DNA of 64,000 nt from Fistulifera solaris (Eukaryota): NCBI GenBank assembly GCA_030295235.1, contig AP026128.1, forward strand, positions 496,001 to 560,000. The letters are read 5' to 3'. The translations under genes were made by a program, and so were the position numbers. The first letter of the stretch is position 1, and each line of letters opens with the position of its first letter. Of the stretch, positions 59,294-64,000 are shown in pieces. Below the pieces are notes generated by a model, which saw only the letters and a program-made list of their open reading frames with translations, was not told where the DNA came from and ran no database searches.

Positions 59294-60505
59294 CTAAATT
59301 TTCAAGACTTCCATGGCGGGTATTGTCACGGGAGAGGTTAGTGCTCTCTGGTTTTTCTCATTAAATGATGAGAAAATAGCTGATGCGACAGAAATTGGTT
59401 CTGTCGTTCGAAGTTCTTCTTCTTCACATTTGCTTTCTTCTTTGCTTTCTTCTCGTTTTTCCACAAGCACCGCTGTACGTGGTGTTTGCGGAAGTAGCCG
59501 GGGCGATCGACCGCATTTGAGAGGCCCAAAACATTTACTGGACAATCCTCGCCCAAGATTTTCAACGATTTCGCAGCATTTGGAAGTGCGGTACGGTAAC
59601 CCTTGATCGAACATGATCAATTCGCCCTTCCCGAATTCCCTCCAACCTTCTTCTTGCGTCAATGGTTTGGTCGTGATGACCGCCACCCGGTCTTGTTCGG
59701 TGGCTACGGTGGAAAAATCAATGGTGTAATCGACATCGAGTAACTTGGCCGTTGAGAAGGGAGGTTCTCGCACTATGTAATGCAGTCCATTCCAAACATC
59801 CGATCCCGGCCGTCGTCCCGGCCACGAGTACGCAAACAGCGTATGCGGCCCGCATCCCAATAGAAAATTGAAAATCGTATCTTGCGCTCCCCGCACAATT
59901 TCTTGACAAACATCACTCAAAAATTCGTGCAAGACGGGCAAACTCGGCAATCCATCGGGGAATTCCGCATGCAACGCATTTAATATGGCACAAAAGACCG
60001 CCTCCGAGTCGGTATCGCCTACTGGATGGTACAAACGATCCCGTGTCATACCCAAGGCAGGAAAATGGTCCGTATGGACGTTCGCAAAGGACGGACAATC
60101 GCCATTGTGACAAAAGGACATGGTGATGCCCTTCCAGACGCGGACAAAGGGATGCACGTTCTCTAAACTGACGGCACCTTGTGTGGCGTAGCGTATGTGT
60201 GCCATCATGTCTGTGGCAAAGAGAGAGAAAGCACATGAGAGACAAGACACAAGAATTTGTCTCGGGGTGACACGTCGGCACTACGTACTGTACGTTTTGA
60301 TGGGATACTTCTGCACGAGATCGGCAATGGGTGATTGACAAGCCGGTAATGTATCGTGAAAACAACGTACACCACGGCCTTCATAGATGGCCAAGCCAAA
60401 TCCGTGTGAGTGTTTGTCGGTCTTGCCTCCACGTTGACAGAATCCTTTCAGAGAAAACGAAAAGTCGGTCGGTGCCGCGCAGTTCATTCCCAGTAATTGG
60501 CACAT
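59294..60505 (-). CDS. Class II glutamine amidotransferase / Ntn hydrolase (YafJ/EgtC-like, GATase_4); intron 60288-60211
   Basis: MCQLLGMNC (Cys2 nucleophile), RGG.TD.H..GFG, AHIRYATQG...LENVHPF, FCHNG, PVGDTDSEAVFC, TKPLT..EGW. Confidence 0.88.
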
Positions 60506-61173
60506 TTCCTTCAGTTCTGACAGTTCAAGTTCACTGCAATGAAGGGAACTTAATAAATGCCGACGAGCCAGAAGTGTTCTCGATAGACGTCTGAATTTTT
60601 TTTGTGTGTTGACGTTCTTTTGCCGCGCAACGGAACGATGACACGCGGTCGCGGTTGGCATAATTTCGCCCGCGTGTCACAAAGTGCCGCACGACTGCCC
60701 ATTTACTTTTCTGTCTACAGTGTATCCAGATACTTCAAGCGCCGAATGCCACTCGCGCCGACGACGTCAGCTCGCCGAAACCCGATCCTTGATGCATTCA
60801 TGCTGGATGGGATGAACATTGAGCATTGGTAAACGAAGCAGCTGGGAAAAAAGTGGTTCTGGGTTCCGACACCATCAAAAGCAACAAAACACAAGTGCGA
60901 TCATGCCTAATTCGTTTGCTCCTTAGGAAGGTCGGTCCTGTATGTGTCGTATTGCACGAAACGAAATAGGAAATGAATAATCCGGGACTGGACATTGGTC
61001 GAGTCGGAGAAAAAGTCGTCTACTGTTTATGGCATAGTAAAAATAGATGGTATCTATTGTGAGGTCGCGGGCCACCATTTCGCGTCGAAAAACAAAGGAC
61101 TAGTGCTAGAAAACAATCTCCAAACGATTCCGACTCTATAAGGTGCATGTAAATCCGTCCTTTAACTAGAGCT

Positions 61174-62295
61174 TCAACTCGAACGACTCTCGCAGCGGAC
61201 TGGACAATCCAGTGACCATCCCGATGGCAAAACTTGGGTTGCACAGTCCGTTCAAACAAATATCGCCATTCTTTCACAAACTCCATGATCACATTGTCCA
61301 TGCCCCGTTCTTTGGCACTTTGAAACAGATCTTTCTCTACCAAATCCGGTCCCGATATAAAATGGGGATTCGGACAACGCGGTTCTAATCGACTGGCCAA
61401 CTGCAGCTGCTCCTCTGTCACTTGCATGGAATTATCGTCGTCTGAGATACTGAAATAAGCCCGCACGACTTGTATGTATTCTAGCACTTTCTCGGGAGGC
61501 AACTGCGCTTTTCGTTTTAACAAGGCACTGGCCGCACTCCGCGTGGTTTGAACTGTCGGATCCAGAAACGTCGCATGACGACTGTCGACCTTCGGGTTAG
61601 TCCATTTCGTGCGCAGCTGGTCTTCCAGTGCATGCATTCGTGTTTGTGCGGCCGTCTGGGCACGCACATGACACGTCGGGCACAAAATCACGACATCGTG
61701 CGGCAGGTGTGTCTTGAATTCCGGCGGAAATCGGGCGCGGTACGCGTACGGAACAATGTAGTGACGACGGTAGTCTTTATCACAACCACATGCGACGCAG
61801 CAATTTTGTTTGATGGATTGGTTGTATTTGACCAGGCGTATTTGTTCGGTGTCGATCGATCGATTCGTGTTGGGCTGAAAAAGCAGTCGAATGGATGTTT
61901 CATCCGATGTCTCCCACTCGGCTAGATTCTTTCGAATGTACCAATGCGCTTTCTTGAGGCTAATCGTGCTGAGTACATCACCGCGAGGACATTTCATGAG
62001 AATATTGTCGTACATGGGTTTCTTCATTGCCATAAAAGGTATCAACCGTTTGCGCCGTTGTTCTTTCCAGCAAGTCTCTATCTATTTGTGAGCCTATCGC
62101 GTTTTTCTCCGAGGAACTAGGTTGCCGCTTTTGGTCGGTGCGAAAGAGAGCTTTTCGAAGTACACTTTGTCGTATCCTTTTCCTTGATTTCTTGTCAGTT
62201 GTGTTGATGATTCGATCATAGAAATAAATCATGAGGGAAACGCCCATCACCAAGCAGGATGACAGAATCAACGTCCTCGTTGGTTGCGACGCCAT
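61174..62295 (-). CDS. EXD2 C-terminal (HNH-like) domain protein with N-terminal TM, no exonuclease domain; frameshifts ~62050 and ~61228
   Basis: TM TLILSSCLVMGVSLMIYFY; KPMYDNILM...LSTISLKKAHWY, CVACG...RHYIVPYAYR..FP..FKTHLPHDVVILCPTCH, WRYLF...QPKFLPSGWS. Confidence 0.75.
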
Positions 62296-63114
62296 TCTCT
62301 TCAACAACTTATGCAATTTGTTTTATTTTGTGATAGCCTGGCATTTCCAAGGATTTTCTTTACCAGTACTAAAAAAAAGCAGTAAGGGCATGAATCTAAA
62401 TGGTAAACCCGGTAAGGGCATCAAAACAAAGCAAGGCCCGTATTGTCGTGCTGCATTTTTGTTTTCATTCTTTATTTTTGTGGTGGGAGGTTGAAAGTAT
62501 TTGCTCTCTGACGTCCTACCGGTACCAATGATTAAACTTAAAACGCACTTGGTACTGACACAAGTTAGTTGGAGACAAAAACTGTATGACTGTTTGACGG
62601 GGGCTATAGATAACAAATCGGCTGAAATGCTAAATAATTCTGAACGGAAACACGAGAAACATTTTGCCTCTAAATGAGACGTCCATGGGTTAACGTCTCC
62701 GTTAAAAGAGAACAGGATCTTGTTCCACCTGGTTGGAGTTCCCACATCACCGTAGACCGTAGATTGGTCTACGTAGGTGAAACGCAAAGGACACTAAAGC
62801 CTATAAGATGGATCCATAAATCTGATGGATGAACTGATACTACGTAGCTGTAGTACAAAAGGAAATGCTGTCATAATTGCCCCATTACATAGCGAGACAT
62901 TGCACGGTTTTCCTGAATCAGGTTTCTACTTTACAAATGAGTCTTAGCCATCATCATTCGTGGTTGCAGTGAAGGAGTAGGGAGTAGCGTTGTAAACTTT
63001 AGACTCCGCCTCGATGGAAAGGACGGATCCAAACGGGCGCATCTCATTTTTATTGGACTTCGACTTTCGACGAAAGAACATGTTGTCATTCATCATCATC
63101 TTTCATCTTTGACC

Positions 63115-63666
63115 ATGACGACCGATGAAAACGCTTCATTTTCCATTCTGGAGTGCATTACTCCAAACACAAAGAAGCGGACCGTGGAGCACTTCGATTC
63201 TAGCGTTGACTTGCATTCCAGCAGTGAGCTTCGTTGGCTCGATTCCTCATCCTTCTCGGCAACTCTGTCGAGACGAAATTCCATCGCCACCGATGAACCG
63301 CCTCGTCTGCCAACGCGAGGAACGGATACCTACGAGCCTTTAACACCAGGAAAGACTTTCACAAGAGTACCTCTACCAAGCCCCTCTGAAGTACCCGTTC
63401 GGTTCGTGTCGGTGTTACCCCAACACCAGCGAAACGTATCGCAATTGTCAGTGCCCTCGCTGAACACCATTGATGCTGATATGGCAGTATCTGAGAATGA
63501 GTCGGTCACTGCTCTACACACAAGATTATGCTCGAATTCTTCTCTTCCATTTTTGGGCAATCTCATTTTGGACACCGATGAGCTGACTTACTCCGACGTT
63601 GACGAAAAATCATTCGTCTCCGGCTCTTTGTTATGTCAGCTTGAATTGGAAAACGGACTCAGCTGA
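63115..63666 (+). CDS. Hypothetical Ser-rich protein
   Basis: ~183-aa ORF from ATG 63115, with RRNS and PPRLPTR motifs; no domain recognised. Confidence 0.45.
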   Translation: MTTDENASFSILECITPNTKKRTVEHFDSSVDLHSSSELRWLDSSSFSATLSRRNSIATDEPPRLPTRGTDTYEPLTPGKTFTRVPLPSPSEVPVRFVSVLPQHQRNVSQLSVPSLNTIDADMAVSENESVTALHTRLCSNSSLPFLGNLILDTDELTYSDVDEKSFVSGSLLCQLELENGLS

Positions 63667-64000
63667 ACACTGCCTCTTTTTAATAAACTATTATTTAACT
63701 TGTTCTGTTATTGTCTATTCACCACAAGAGTACGCATACGCATGTATTTTCCATAACCGTACCAAAGCGAACAGCGTCCTCTACCACAAATATCGACAAT
63801 TACGTTTTACACAGTCTCGCCACCAACTATCTTGTGCTCGTAGCGAGCTGTGCCATCCAGATCCCCTTCGAACTCTTTCATCAAGGATTCCATGTTCATA
63901 CCTTCCTTTTGAACGCGAACGCTGAAGTAAAGCGCTGGTAACATGCTAATGAATCAAAAGAAGAGATATTGTGAGACAACTGCCAGGCAATAAACATCAC

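Noticed and set aside
1..64000. tRNA/rRNA genes, LTR or LINE coding sequence
   Set aside because: No cloverleaf, rRNA-like tract, reverse transcriptase, integrase or transposase motifs seen by eye.

Overview
Gene-dense eukaryotic nuclear DNA, almost certainly from a (raphid pennate) diatom. The evidence is short GT-AG introns, bipartite signal-plus-transit (ASAFAP-type) plastid presequences, a VDL2/ZEP1 fucoxanthin gene pair and a DUF6824 protein. About 30 protein genes are recognisable, including branched-chain E2 (DBT), RPL36/RPL34 head-to-head, a plastid STN7-like kinase-PDZ-PP2C fusion, SulP-STAS-cNMP transporter, CBP/p300 acetyltransferase, U1-C, FNTA, ferroportin, VDL2, ZEP1, CNS1/TTC4, a DEAD-box helicase, a class II GATase and an EXD2-like HNH protein. 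At least 14 genes are broken by single-base indels in homopolymers, most likely long-read assembly errors. Non-coding DNA holds one intact non-autonomous hAT element (21-bp TIR, 8-bp TSD) and three tandem arrays. The most unusual signal is a ~55-60 bp intergenic core (TTTACTAT(A)G..AAAGTGTTGGTT..C(A/G)CGACT-loop-CAGTCA(C/T)GA hairpin). It recurs across the window, usually in pairs ~205-230 bp apart, and once per unit in two otherwise unrelated satellites. All family assignments come from motif recognition; no database search was run.
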